31,504 bases of DNA, taken from positions 1 through 31,504 of IMG/VR virus record IMGVR_UViG_3300008255_000325; one strand, written 5' to 3'. Every line of letters begins with the position of its first letter. Positions within the stretch are counted from its first letter, which is position 1. Under the pieces are notes generated by a model that saw only the letters and a list, made by a program, of their open reading frames with translations, had not been told where the DNA came from and did no database searches. This stretch comes from a virus. Its lineage: Duplodnaviria > Caudoviricetes. Positions 8,921 to 17,880 of the stretch are shown here, piece after piece. A program made the translations under genes and the position numbers.

Positions 8921-10032
8921 CGTGATATAGGAAACCCGTATTTAGATGGTAAAGACGCTGTTAAATCGTCTCGATTAACGTCATCTTGAGAAATCCTTCG
9001 ATAAACCCTATTAGTCGAAGGGTTACTGATTCTTTTCCACATATTTTCTTTTTGTTTCTCAAATAAAGCGTCTTGAATCAAAGATTCAGCTTTATCTTTT
9101 GTAGCCCAAGCCCAAATGAGACCAGCGGTAATAAGAATATGATGATACTTTTCAGGAAGGTCTGGAATGTCTTCATCATTGATGAGAGGAAATGGAACTC
9201 TTTGATACTTAAAATAAATATTTTCTATCGCGTCAGGAATGTTAAATAACTGAATTATATAGTTATCTAAAGATATCGAATAAGTTGAAGCTGAAAATGT
9301 CGCTGATATCTTTTCATAAATCGTAATCTGAGTATCACTATCAACGGTCTTGACGGTATAAACCACTGTCCCTACGGTAATCCGACTTCCTTTAGTAAGC
9401 CCTTCAACACCGGTCCATACTGTGCTGGAACCTGTAATGACCGAAAGATTCACTGTTCCTGAGACTGTTCCTGTTGAATAGGTATCAAGTTTCGTTCCGA
9501 CCAATATGCTGAATTTTGGACTTCCTTGCGCGTTAGGTGTTGGTTCATACATGTCAAAAGCTGAATTTTCAAGATCAACGATTGCTTGACTATTTTCTAT
9601 CTGTCGAAGAACCTTATAAACATCCAAATCAGCAGGAAGGCGGTATTCATCTTTAAAAATAGAATAAGTCGCGCCGGAAGCGGTTGTTCCTTGAAACACA
9701 GCTTCAAGAGTTATTTCCGTCGCGCTGACATAAGCCGCTATTCGATAATAAGCATTCTGACTTGCCGCTCTGAATTTTCTTCCGACCATAGCGGCCGTAA
9801 AAGTCGTCGAACTTCCTATAACAGTCTTTGAGTTGTTTGTAACCGTAACTGTCCCTGTCTCATAAGGAGCGACAGTTGTAATATATCCATCCGTCATCAA
9901 ATAAGGCAAGTCTTTGTCAGTCAAACGATCAAGACCCATCTGAATAGCGTCTTTAATCAAAGCGTCTTGACTTGTTACAAGAGAAATCGCTTCGACACGA
10001 GTTAAAATTGTTGAGAATTGAAGTCTAGCCAT
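8917..10032 (-). CDS. Head-to-tail adaptor (tail tubular protein A-like) with two inserted beta domains
   Basis: Helical N-terminus, YRLPAD, C-terminal DEDIPDLPEKYHHIL..G; two internal repeats GTVTVTNNSKTVIGSSTTF / GTVSGTVNLSVITGSSTVW; no signal peptide. Confidence 0.7.
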   Translation of the reverse strand: MARLQFSTILTRVEAISLVTSQDALIKDAIQMGLDRLTDKDLPYLMTDGYITTVAPYETGTVTVTNNSKTVIGSSTTFTAAMVGRKFRAASQNAYYRIAAYVSATEITLEAVFQGTTASGATYSIFKDEYRLPADLDVYKVLRQIENSQAIVDLENSAFDMYEPTPNAQGSPKFSILVGTKLDTYSTGTVSGTVNLSVITGSSTVWTGVEGLTKGSRITVGTVVYTVKTVDSDTQITIYEKISATFSASTYSISLDNYIIQLFNIPDAIENIYFKYQRVPFPLINDEDIPDLPEKYHHILITAGLIWAWATKDKAESLIQDALFEKQKENMWKRISNPSTNRVYRRISQDDVNRDDLTASLPSKYGFPISR

Positions 10033-10612
10033 TGACCGTCTCTATTGGCGTGTTTAATGCTTTTTCACGATCTTTTAAAGATGCTTCTCTCGCGTCCAAA
10101 GCAACTCTCGCTGATTCAAGCTCTTTTTCAGTAGCTAAAATAGATTCTTTTTTTGAACTCAAGAACTCAAGGAACTTTTCAACTTCTTCCGCTGACTTAG
10201 TCTCAGCTTCTTTTAAAGAAATTTCTCTTAATTCAAAACTCTTTTCAATTTCTGAAAATTTTTGTTGAGTTAAAGTTTTGTAATCTTCAAACAATTCTTG
10301 CTCTTCAACAAGTTTCTTTCTTTCAGAATCAACATTTTCAAGACATATTTTAATAGCACTCAATCTTTCTTCATATCCAAGAATGCTTTTCTGAATCTCA
10401 ATAACTTCATTTCTCTTTGATTCAAGAATTTTAAATTCTGCATTAATTTTATCCAAAGATTCTTGTTCTTTGAACGCGATACGCTTATCAGCTTCAATCT
10501 CTTTTTGTTTTAAAGTGTTCTCCAATTCTTCATTCTCTTTAAGAAGAGCATCTTTGCGGCGTTCAACTTCTTTCAAAGAATCTTTCAAAAGATCATCAAT
10601 GGTCGTAGACAT
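10025..10612 (-). CDS. Coiled-coil protein, unknown function
   Basis: 195 aa, E/K/L-rich heptads over the whole length; AGGAGA RBS. Confidence 0.75.
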   Translation of the reverse strand: MSTTIDDLLKDSLKEVERRKDALLKENEELENTLKQKEIEADKRIAFKEQESLDKINAEFKILESKRNEVIEIQKSILGYEERLSAIKICLENVDSERKKLVEEQELFEDYKTLTQQKFSEIEKSFELREISLKEAETKSAEEVEKFLEFLSSKKESILATEKELESARVALDAREASLKDREKALNTPIETVNG

Positions 10613-10622
10613 TTTTTTCTCC

Positions 10623-11231
10623 TTATGCTGTAATTAATTCATTTTTAGATATTTCCCAATCTTTCTTTTCTTTAATCAAAGACCCTCGCGCTTGGTCAAG
10701 ATCAATCAATGCTTTCTTCAAAGATTTTTCTCTTCCATAAATCTCATTTTCTTTAGCTTTCAATTCATCCTTCACAAATTTTGATTCCTCAATGATTCTT
10801 TTAGCTTCGTCGAGGTCTTTAAGAACATTAATTTTATAATTATTGAATGAATTTCTTTCTTCATTGATCTTTTTACGACGATCTTCCAAATCAAGTAATT
10901 GCTGTTCTCGTCGATGTAATATATTTTCACGATCAGAAATAGCAACTTCACGTTGTTCAATGGCGTATTCTCTTGAAACTAAAGAATCCATCTTCCGATT
11001 AATCTTTCTTTCATCTAAAATTTCCACTTTTTTATTTTTAAGCTCATCAAGTTTCCTTTGAGCCTCTTTACGAATATCTTCTTCACGCGCTTGAACTTCA
11101 AAATTTGAACGCTTGATGACTAATTCATCAATTTGTTTTTTAATGTTATTTCTTACATCCTTTAGCATTGTGATATCTTCCTTAACTTCTTTAACTTCTT
11201 TTTTATGTTCTTCATCCCTTTGGTCACTCAT
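10623..11231 (-). CDS. Coiled-coil protein, unknown function
   Basis: 202 aa, E/K/R-rich heptads; AGGAG RBS. Confidence 0.75.
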   Translation of the reverse strand: MSDQRDEEHKKEVKEVKEDITMLKDVRNNIKKQIDELVIKRSNFEVQAREEDIRKEAQRKLDELKNKKVEILDERKINRKMDSLVSREYAIEQREVAISDRENILHRREQQLLDLEDRRKKINEERNSFNNYKINVLKDLDEAKRIIEESKFVKDELKAKENEIYGREKSLKKALIDLDQARGSLIKEKKDWEISKNELITA

Positions 11232-12375
11232 GAATTGCTCCTTTTGTTTGCGATAAAATCCCCGCTGTATAGATAACCGCGATCAAAGCCAGCGGCGCGA
11301 TTCTCAAAGGAAAAGACCCTAAACACAAAACCAGAAAAGAGATAAGACCCGCGATGTATCCAATTAATAAAATATTATTTTCACTAACAAAAATTCTTTT
11401 AAACAAATCCACTACAAACAACACAAATATGGAAAATCCAACAATTCCAATATCAAAAAGAATTTGCAAATATTCGTTATGAGCAAAAAATGTTACTGTA
11501 TTTCCCGGCTTAAACTGGAACATCTCAAAAGACCCTAACCCATGACCGAAAAACGGAGCTTCTAAAAATTTGTTCCAAGTAATCTTCCAAAGCTCTACAC
11601 GTCCTGTTAAAGAAAAAAATTCAGGATTATAGAAGGCATAAAATATTCCTCCCGTGATAAAAATTAAAATTAAAAGAATCAATTTAACCCAGCTTCGATT
11701 CATTAAAAGATAAACAACAAGTCCAGTCCCAAAAGATGCCAACGCCATAGTCTTGTCCAAAAGAATCAAAGCGATTAAAATCGCGACATAAAAAAACTTG
11801 TATCTTAAATCTTTAAAAATCAAACACATTGGAGCGCATAAAGCCAAAAAACCGGATGTTAAAAAAACTGATCCAAAAAATGACACCATTTGAAGTTTTC
11901 TGTCAAAATGACCATTTACATACAGAATCTTCTCATTTTTGAATATCTGATCGATTGAAAAATATTGAAATATCGAATACAAGGCAAAAATCCCGCCAAG
12001 CCACGCGATGACTTTTCCTGTATCAACCCAATCTTTTGTTGAGGCACATTCATAGAGTAACTTTATAATCAAAATTCCACATAAGACACTGACTGTCGGC
12101 CTGAAATTCCAAAAATTCCAAATAACTTTTCCATTGGCCGTTATGAAAGAGCTGTAAAAAAAATATACAAAACCCAAAGCAATATAAAAAAGCCCTGTTG
12201 CTAAAAATGGATTTCGAAGTGAAAAAAAACTCTGACAACAAAAACTATAAGAAAAAAGCGACAACGCTCCCAAAACAAAAACAGCTTCTTTAATCGCCAA
12301 GAAAGAATCATTAGCCGCGAAAGGCCAAAATATGACTGATGAAATAACTAAAAATGTGTTTAAAATTATGAACAT
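11224..12375 (-). CDS. O-antigen ligase / O-oligosaccharyltransferase-like (WaaL/Wzy_C family) polytopic membrane protein
   Basis: Roughly 10-12 hydrophobic segments; family motifs GRVELW, PFFGHGLGSF and AHNEYLQILFDIGIVG, including the conserved Arg and His. Confidence 0.85.
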   Translation of the reverse strand: MFIILNTFLVISSVIFWPFAANDSFLAIKEAVFVLGALSLFSYSFCCQSFFSLRNPFLATGLFYIALGFVYFFYSSFITANGKVIWNFWNFRPTVSVLCGILIIKLLYECASTKDWVDTGKVIAWLGGIFALYSIFQYFSIDQIFKNEKILYVNGHFDRKLQMVSFFGSVFLTSGFLALCAPMCLIFKDLRYKFFYVAILIALILLDKTMALASFGTGLVVYLLMNRSWVKLILLILIFITGGIFYAFYNPEFFSLTGRVELWKITWNKFLEAPFFGHGLGSFEMFQFKPGNTVTFFAHNEYLQILFDIGIVGFSIFVLFVVDLFKRIFVSENNILLIGYIAGLISFLVLCLGSFPLRIAPLALIAVIYTAGILSQTKGAIHE

Positions 12376-12407
12376 AAAAAAGGGGAGAGGTTTTACCCTC
12401 TCCCTTT
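12376..12407 (-). terminator. Intrinsic terminator after the capsid/decoration genes
   Basis: Minus strand GGGAGAGG-GTAAAA-CCTCTCCC-CTTTTTT; the U-tract abuts the ATG of the ligase-like gene. Confidence 0.8.
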
Positions 12408-12415
12408 AGCTTTCA

Positions 12416-12946
12416 TCAGTCAGCACCAGTTGGATTAACCCAGATATACAACTTACCGCTATCTGTTCCATCCCCTGCTTCAAGGGCAACACCTAAGTTA
12501 GTGCCGCCTCCGCAGAGACCTTTTCCATTAACAGTTCCTCCGCCAGCGCCAACAGTCGTAGAACCAACGGCCGTATTAATCGACACAGCATCACCGGAAT
12601 CAGCGCATTGCGTATCGATCGCGCCTTTAGTAACCACAACAACAGGCGTTTGATCTAACGAAGTCAATGACTTAACTACACCAACAACCAAAACGCTGTC
12701 AGCGGAGCTTGTCAAAGTGACATAAGAACCAAGCGTGGATGCCGCTTCAACGCCAGTTCCGGCTGTATCCAAGATAACAACCTGTCCGGCAGACATAGTT
12801 TCACCGGAGTTGTTAAAAAACACAGCGGTTTCTTGACTCATAGCGAAGTTTCCTCCATCGCCTCCGCTTGTTCCCATCGAGAAGGCCGCATTGCCAACAA
12901 AGACACTTGCCAACAACAGAGCGGCAATCAAAAATAACTTTTTCAT
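12416..12946 (-). CDS. Capsid decoration/cement-like protein with signal peptide
   Basis: Immediately after the major capsid gene; NNSGETMSAGQVV, VVGVV, VVTKG and LGVALEA match the beta-tulip/DUF2190-like cement pattern; start at ATG 12946 after GGAGGG: MKKLFLIAALLLASVFVGNAAFS. Confidence 0.65.
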   Translation of the reverse strand: MKKLFLIAALLLASVFVGNAAFSMGTSGGDGGNFAMSQETAVFFNNSGETMSAGQVVILDTAGTGVEAASTLGSYVTLTSSADSVLVVGVVKSLTSLDQTPVVVVTKGAIDTQCADSGDAVSINTAVGSTTVGAGGGTVNGKGLCGGGTNLGVALEAGDGTDSGKLYIWVNPTGAD

Positions 12947-12960
12947 TTTACCCTCCATTA

Positions 12961-13962
12961 TTAGTAGGTATCCGCGTTTTGCAATAGACCGCCGCGAGCC
13001 AGATTCTTGTTAATCAAATTTCCAGCCCAGAAGATAAACGCGACCAAATCATCTTTGTCGTTAGACTTGATGAAATCGCTGATTTCCGCGTCCCGACCTT
13101 CACGGACGTAAAGCTGGACATAATCTGAATTAAACAAATAACCTGTATTAGCGGGAACGCCGTCATCATGGAATAAATTAGCCCCATACCAGCGAATGTT
13201 AGGAAATCCCGCGTCCAACATTGCTTTGCTTCCCGCGCCAACATCCGCTAAAGGCATATTGGTTTGGAAGGTCGTGGTTAATTCACGGTTAAAGTTGTCC
13301 CATGTTGACCCATTGACGACAAAGATATCAGGAGTCTCATCAGCGCGAGAACATTGACGATAGAGCGTTCTCATGCGAATCAAGCCGTTTGTGTCGAACG
13401 CGCTTGATACGTTTGCTAATTGATGACGCCATGCCGTAGTTGTCGCGCGGTTAAGAAGTCCGACTGAACCTGTGGTTGTAGATGTTGAAAAATGCGTCTG
13501 CAACCCGGTAATCTTTCCTGTATCTGTATCAGCTCCATCAGAGAAAATACCGATAGATGAACCACCGATAGCATCTCTCATGGAGATTTCAGCCGCTTGG
13601 ATGAACATTTCCAAAAGATCAGGCGCGGCATCATCGCCTGTCCTGATCATATCTAATCCAGAAACTTGCACCGGACATTGCAACTGCTTCCAGTCATAAA
13701 TCGCACTGGTTGCGGGGTCAGCCCGAACAGGCGTAATTGCGTCAAGATCGGTATAACCTTCAGTCGTGGGAAGCTCTTTCAAGATATTGAATCTTAAATG
13801 AGGACTGCCCCCGACTTTCTTGATCGCGCCTTTTTCCTTCAAACAATAAAGAAGCGCTGTTCTGGAGGAGATATTGTCGAACAAATAAGGCTCAATCGCC
13901 TCATCGCGCATGATCGTAAAAATACGATTATACACTCTTGTGAGTGACAAATTTCCAGCCAT
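12961..13962 (-). CDS. Major capsid protein (HK97 fold)
   Basis: 333 aa after the scaffold gene; strong GGAGGT RBS; motifs DNI..LL..L, YDWKQ, ITGL and AGFPNI. Confidence 0.85.
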   Translation of the reverse strand: MAGNLSLTRVYNRIFTIMRDEAIEPYLFDNISSRTALLYCLKEKGAIKKVGGSPHLRFNILKELPTTEGYTDLDAITPVRADPATSAIYDWKQLQCPVQVSGLDMIRTGDDAAPDLLEMFIQAAEISMRDAIGGSSIGIFSDGADTDTGKITGLQTHFSTSTTTGSVGLLNRATTTAWRHQLANVSSAFDTNGLIRMRTLYRQCSRADETPDIFVVNGSTWDNFNRELTTTFQTNMPLADVGAGSKAMLDAGFPNIRWYGANLFHDDGVPANTGYLFNSDYVQLYVREGRDAEISDFIKSNDKDDLVAFIFWAGNLINKNLARGGLLQNADTY

Positions 13963-13975
13963 TTAAAACCTCCGC

Positions 13976-14818
13976 TTAATTGAACCTGCCAGCGGATTTC
14001 AAGTTTCCTATAAATCCACGCCAGTTGACGCGACCTTTATTATCTCTGGGAACATCGACTTTCGTGGTCATTGAACTTCCGTTTGGCAAGCTTCCGTTTT
14101 TTTTGAATTCGATTTCTTTCTTTTTCTTTTCTTCCGCGCGTTTCAAAATGGCGTCTTCAATCTCATTTTCTTCAGCGAAGTGATAGAGAATTTTCTTGAC
14201 TTTCTGATTCGGGAATTTAAGGGCTGAAACCTTGATGTCCTCTCTATACTTACCCACCAAGTCTTTTCCAAATTCCTTCTCAAGAGAATCAAGTTCAACT
14301 TCAACATTTTTGGCATGATTTGAATTGGAAGAATTCTCAATCCTGTTAATCTTTTCTTCCAATTCTCTGATCTTGCCTTTTAATGCCGGAGTATCAGTTT
14401 CCTCTGCCACAATTTGACGCATTTCCTTTAACTGCTCACGCACATCGGAATCAGTAGCGTTTTCAATGAGCTTATCGAGCCTTTTCATACTTTTATCGAT
14501 ATTAACGCCAGAGTTTGTCTTCCCGGCGCGAAAATCGTTAATAACCGCGATCACGGCCTTTTCCATCGCCGGATTGCCTTTGAGTTCATTCTGAATTTCT
14601 AAAAGAGCTGAAAGAGCCTTTCTATCGGTCTCTATTTTCTTTTTTTCTTCAGAAAGAATCTCTGTCTTTGCCCGATAACCACCATCGTAAAACTTGACCT
14701 TATCTGTTACTTTCGCGATAACTTCATCGCGAATCGCTTCAGGAACATCGCTGAAATCTATATCAGCGATTAAAGCGTTTAACTTAGCCCCTGACTTATC
14801 ATCTTTCCCGGTTGTCAT
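13976..14818 (-). CDS. Putative capsid scaffolding protein
   Basis: 280 aa, charged and helical, directly upstream of the capsid gene; YRAKTE.L pattern. Confidence 0.7.
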   Translation of the reverse strand: MTTGKDDKSGAKLNALIADIDFSDVPEAIRDEVIAKVTDKVKFYDGGYRAKTEILSEEKKKIETDRKALSALLEIQNELKGNPAMEKAVIAVINDFRAGKTNSGVNIDKSMKRLDKLIENATDSDVREQLKEMRQIVAEETDTPALKGKIRELEEKINRIENSSNSNHAKNVEVELDSLEKEFGKDLVGKYREDIKVSALKFPNQKVKKILYHFAEENEIEDAILKRAEEKKKKEIEFKKNGSLPNGSSMTTKVDVPRDNKGRVNWRGFIGNLKSAGRFN

Positions 14819-14846
14819 TTGTGACCTGACCTTTTTAGTTGTAAGT

Positions 14847-14926
14847 TTGGCTTTAAACCAACCTTGTTTTTAAAGCCAACAAAAAAGAGGCCACCTGCTG
14901 TGCACAGATGACCTCTGAAATGTTGG
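14847..14926 (-). promoter_or_regulatory. Structured leader / terminator-like RNA upstream of the scaffold gene (motif copy 1)
   Basis: CCAACA/TGTTGG outer stem, 12-bp inner stem, palindromic apex CTGTGCACAG, U6; competing 11-bp hairpin 14847-14879. Confidence 0.65.
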
Positions 14927-14963
14927 ATGAAACTTTCCTTCAGTTAGCTAGACCGAAAGAAAA

Positions 14964-15101
14964 TTATTTCTTTTTTCGATTATACGGTGTCACGTTCTCA
15001 AGAGTTTGCGTCGGCCCCTTGATGATGGAACTCGCGACCTGCTTTAATCCGCCGCTTCGGCTAGATTGTGTCGGATGCATCACTTTGTCTTTACCTGCCA
15101 T
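14964..15101 (-). CDS. 45-aa basic hypothetical protein
   Basis: Below the track cutoff; AAGGAGA RBS; MAGKDKVMHPTQSSRSGGLKQVASSIIKGPTQTLENVTPYNRKKK. Confidence 0.6.
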   Translation of the reverse strand: MAGKDKVMHPTQSSRSGGLKQVASSIIKGPTQTLENVTPYNRKKK

Positions 15102-15519
15102 TTGAATTCTCCTTGTTATTTTTTTTTGTTATGGCTTGAATAGCCCCTTTAAGGTGTTGATTAATACCTTCTTCATACAATCTTTTTTGAATCTTATTGA
15201 CGATTTCTTTTCTTTTATTCGTAACTTTATAACTTTCCCGCGTGCTTGGTTTTACTGAAAGGCATTCTTTGACGGTCGCGTCAGCGAAACCATGTTGTTT
15301 AAGAAGTCTTTTGTATTGAGCTTTTCCATAAATATGAACAGGTTTGCCAAAATTTCTCGTTGTAAAGTTATAATCTCTTGTTTCATTCGTTATTTGCGGA
15401 TTACTACAAAGAAGTTTTACAGCCTTCTTCCCGCAGCAAAAAACTTCATTTCTTCTTTCATAAGGCCTGTGTTCTTCAAATTCTTTTTTACAAACTTTAC
15501 AAAAATATTCATAAATCAT
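15091..15519 (-). CDS. FmdB-like zinc-ribbon protein
   Basis: MIYEYFCKVCKKEFE...FCCGKKAVKLL matches the YEYxCxxC..FE..C.G pattern; basic C-terminus. Confidence 0.7.
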   Translation of the reverse strand: MIYEYFCKVCKKEFEEHRPYERRNEVFCCGKKAVKLLCSNPQITNETRDYNFTTRNFGKPVHIYGKAQYKRLLKQHGFADATVKECLSVKPSTRESYKVTNKRKEIVNKIQKRLYEEGINQHLKGAIQAITKKNNKENSNGR

Positions 15520-15839
15520 TTAAGTCTCGCCCAGGCGGAGCCTCCGACATGAAGTAAAATTCCTTCTTGTTTCAAGTCCCGCAAAATCTCTCTAAATATT
15601 TTTTTATCTTCAGGTTTGAAATCGCCATCCATAAAGTCCCTGAAACTCCCCCGCGTATGGTTAGGTTCAGAAACTTTAGACATATTGAATTTATGTTCAA
15701 TCTCCGGCGAAATTTCATTGATATGCTCAATCAAACTTTCACGAAGGAAATCTTTTCGGCTTAACTCTTTTGAATCATTGTTTACGATTTCTTGAGTTTC
15801 TACATTAATTTTTCTTGGTCTTCCTCTGCCTCTAGACAC
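15516..15839 (-). CDS. Hypothetical protein with AT-hook-like N-terminus
   Basis: RGRGRPRK at the N-terminus; overlaps both neighbours. Confidence 0.6.
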   Translation of the reverse strand: MSRGRGRPRKINVETQEIVNNDSKELSRKDFLRESLIEHINEISPEIEHKFNMSKVSEPNHTRGSFRDFMDGDFKPEDKKIFREILRDLKQEGILLHVGGSAWARLK

Positions 15840-17871
15840 GTCGTCCTCCTGAATTTTGTCCTGTTCCTTTTTGACTTGTCACTTGACCTAAAAAATCTGA
15901 CATATCAGGAACACCGCCTCTGTTGATTTCAGGCGTGGTTGATTGCTTCGGGACTTTACTGTCTCCCTGTTGCGGAAAAGCCTTTGGATTCTTGCGTTGC
16001 ATACTTTCCATATGAGCGTTAATGTGCTCGTCTATTTGAGGCGTAAGAGCAAGTCCCGGGACTGAATACGCCTGTGAATGAACTTGAAGATGAAGCATAT
16101 CGTTCTCATTAGGACCAACGACTTGAGGAATGCCTTGTAAAAGATATTCATTTTCCTTTTGAGCCGCCGCTATTTCTTCATCGTCATATTTGATAATGGC
16201 GTTATCGATATCCTTAAAGTCATATTTTTTAAGAAGTTGAACTAAAATAACGTCATCTTTGAGCCTATTCGGAAATGTCGCTTTGATGACAGATACCAAA
16301 TCGGTCCATTGTTTACGCTCAACGGCCAAGTCTTTAGGCGGTTGAGTAGAACCCGCGTCAATCTCAAAATAAAGATCATTGTCGATGATCTTGTTAGCAA
16401 CAGCTTTATCTTGTGGAAAATCCGGCCACATTTCAGGAGAAACTTCTTCGCCCAAAATTTCTGAAATTTGATTTCTGCTCTTAAACTGCCAAAGCATCCC
16501 GGCCATAAAACGCGCGATACTGACGACAAAATCTTCAATGATGTCGATTCTCTCGCTTTGACGAATCAAAGCTCCGGCGCGAATGTTCTCGCTTTCAGTC
16601 GCGGTGTCAACTCCCCGAACGCTTCCTAAAAGCTGTTGATAACCGGAGACACGCATCAAATCGTCAAGGATAATATTTCTCAAGCTGTAAAAATCATTAG
16701 GAAGCGCGGGAGGCGTAAAAGACTTAAGTGATTCTTCAGAGAGACTTTCAAGTTCAACAATATCCAAGTCATGCGCGTTTTGAATATTTGTGACTTCCGT
16801 CGGTGATATCACTCCCTTTTTAACCGCCATAAAAGTCCCCGCGCGCTTGCGGTGCTTATTCATAGCGGATGATATGTAAGAAAGTTCCTTCAACTGCGGA
16901 AGCATGGGGACTATGTCAGAAAGTGGATAAGAATTAGCCTTCTCGTCTGTTTGCGGAATTTCATTGAATATTAATGGGAATGTTGGAAATCCGTCAGAAA
17001 GAAAAGGCCAATCCTTTTCCATCAATGTTTCTTTAACAAAATTCTTGACAACCGTAAAGACTTCTTGTCCACGACGGTCAAAAACATGATAGAGCGTTAC
17101 ATCGACAAGCTCAGGGTCTATTTCATTAAAATTCATTCCTCGCGGAGGATGACTTTTATTCATCCTGTAATCCGCGGAGCGGGCTTTGTTTTTGTTCATT
17201 GAAGAAGATGGAGAAATCTCATACTTGGCATTTCCATACATCGGATTATTCAGAAGATCTTCAAGAGACATTTTCTGTTTGATAATCAGATAAGGACATT
17301 CTCGAATATCGTGATAGCCGTCAGGCCATAAGACATTCCACGTCGATAAAAAGTTAGCGAATATATCATCTTCTTTTATTGTTTCATCTAAAATCCCTCG
17401 CTCGACTTCAAGTTTTTCAGGCTTATTGCTTTTAAGCTCAGGGAATTCTTCTTCAATAGATTTTTTCAGTTCATTTTTTTCAGTTAAAATCGTATAACCC
17501 AAATGAATGAATCCCGGAGGCTGTAAAATGCCGTCGATTAAAGTCTTCTTAATCTTGGCCTTCATCTGAAGTCTTCGCCAATAAACGTTTAAAGCGCGTT
17601 CCATCGTCTCAGAAAAAGCTTGTCGTGTCGCGACCTTAGTCCTTGTAAAAATATAAGGGTCTTTAGCGTAAACGGCTCCGACCATGATCTTGACGTATTC
17701 ATAGACAAAATTCACGTCAGACATTTCAGTATTATCGTTTGTAGGTTTTCCAAGGAAAGATGACGTGTAAAGCGAAATCGCCTGATGACGCTCTTTGGTG
17801 TGCTCACTCTGGAGAGCTTCACAGCGATCGATTCGATTAAGCCATTTTTGAATTTCTTGAGATGATTTCAT
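15832..17871 (-). CDS. Portal protein (P22-like)
   Basis: About 680 aa after the terminase; TATE motif, FEIDAGST, C-terminal HLQVH..H region; start ATG 17871 (alternative TTG 17886). Confidence 0.85.
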   Translation of the reverse strand: MKSSQEIQKWLNRIDRCEALQSEHTKERHQAISLYTSSFLGKPTNDNTEMSDVNFVYEYVKIMVGAVYAKDPYIFTRTKVATRQAFSETMERALNVYWRRLQMKAKIKKTLIDGILQPPGFIHLGYTILTEKNELKKSIEEEFPELKSNKPEKLEVERGILDETIKEDDIFANFLSTWNVLWPDGYHDIRECPYLIIKQKMSLEDLLNNPMYGNAKYEISPSSSMNKNKARSADYRMNKSHPPRGMNFNEIDPELVDVTLYHVFDRRGQEVFTVVKNFVKETLMEKDWPFLSDGFPTFPLIFNEIPQTDEKANSYPLSDIVPMLPQLKELSYISSAMNKHRKRAGTFMAVKKGVISPTEVTNIQNAHDLDIVELESLSEESLKSFTPPALPNDFYSLRNIILDDLMRVSGYQQLLGSVRGVDTATESENIRAGALIRQSERIDIIEDFVVSIARFMAGMLWQFKSRNQISEILGEEVSPEMWPDFPQDKAVANKIIDNDLYFEIDAGSTQPPKDLAVERKQWTDLVSVIKATFPNRLKDDVILVQLLKKYDFKDIDNAIIKYDDEEIAAAQKENEYLLQGIPQVVGPNENDMLHLQVHSQAYSVPGLALTPQIDEHINAHMESMQRKNPKAFPQQGDSKVPKQSTTPEINRGGVPDMSDFLGQVTSQKGTGQNSGGRRV

Positions 17872-17880
17872 ATTTTTAGA

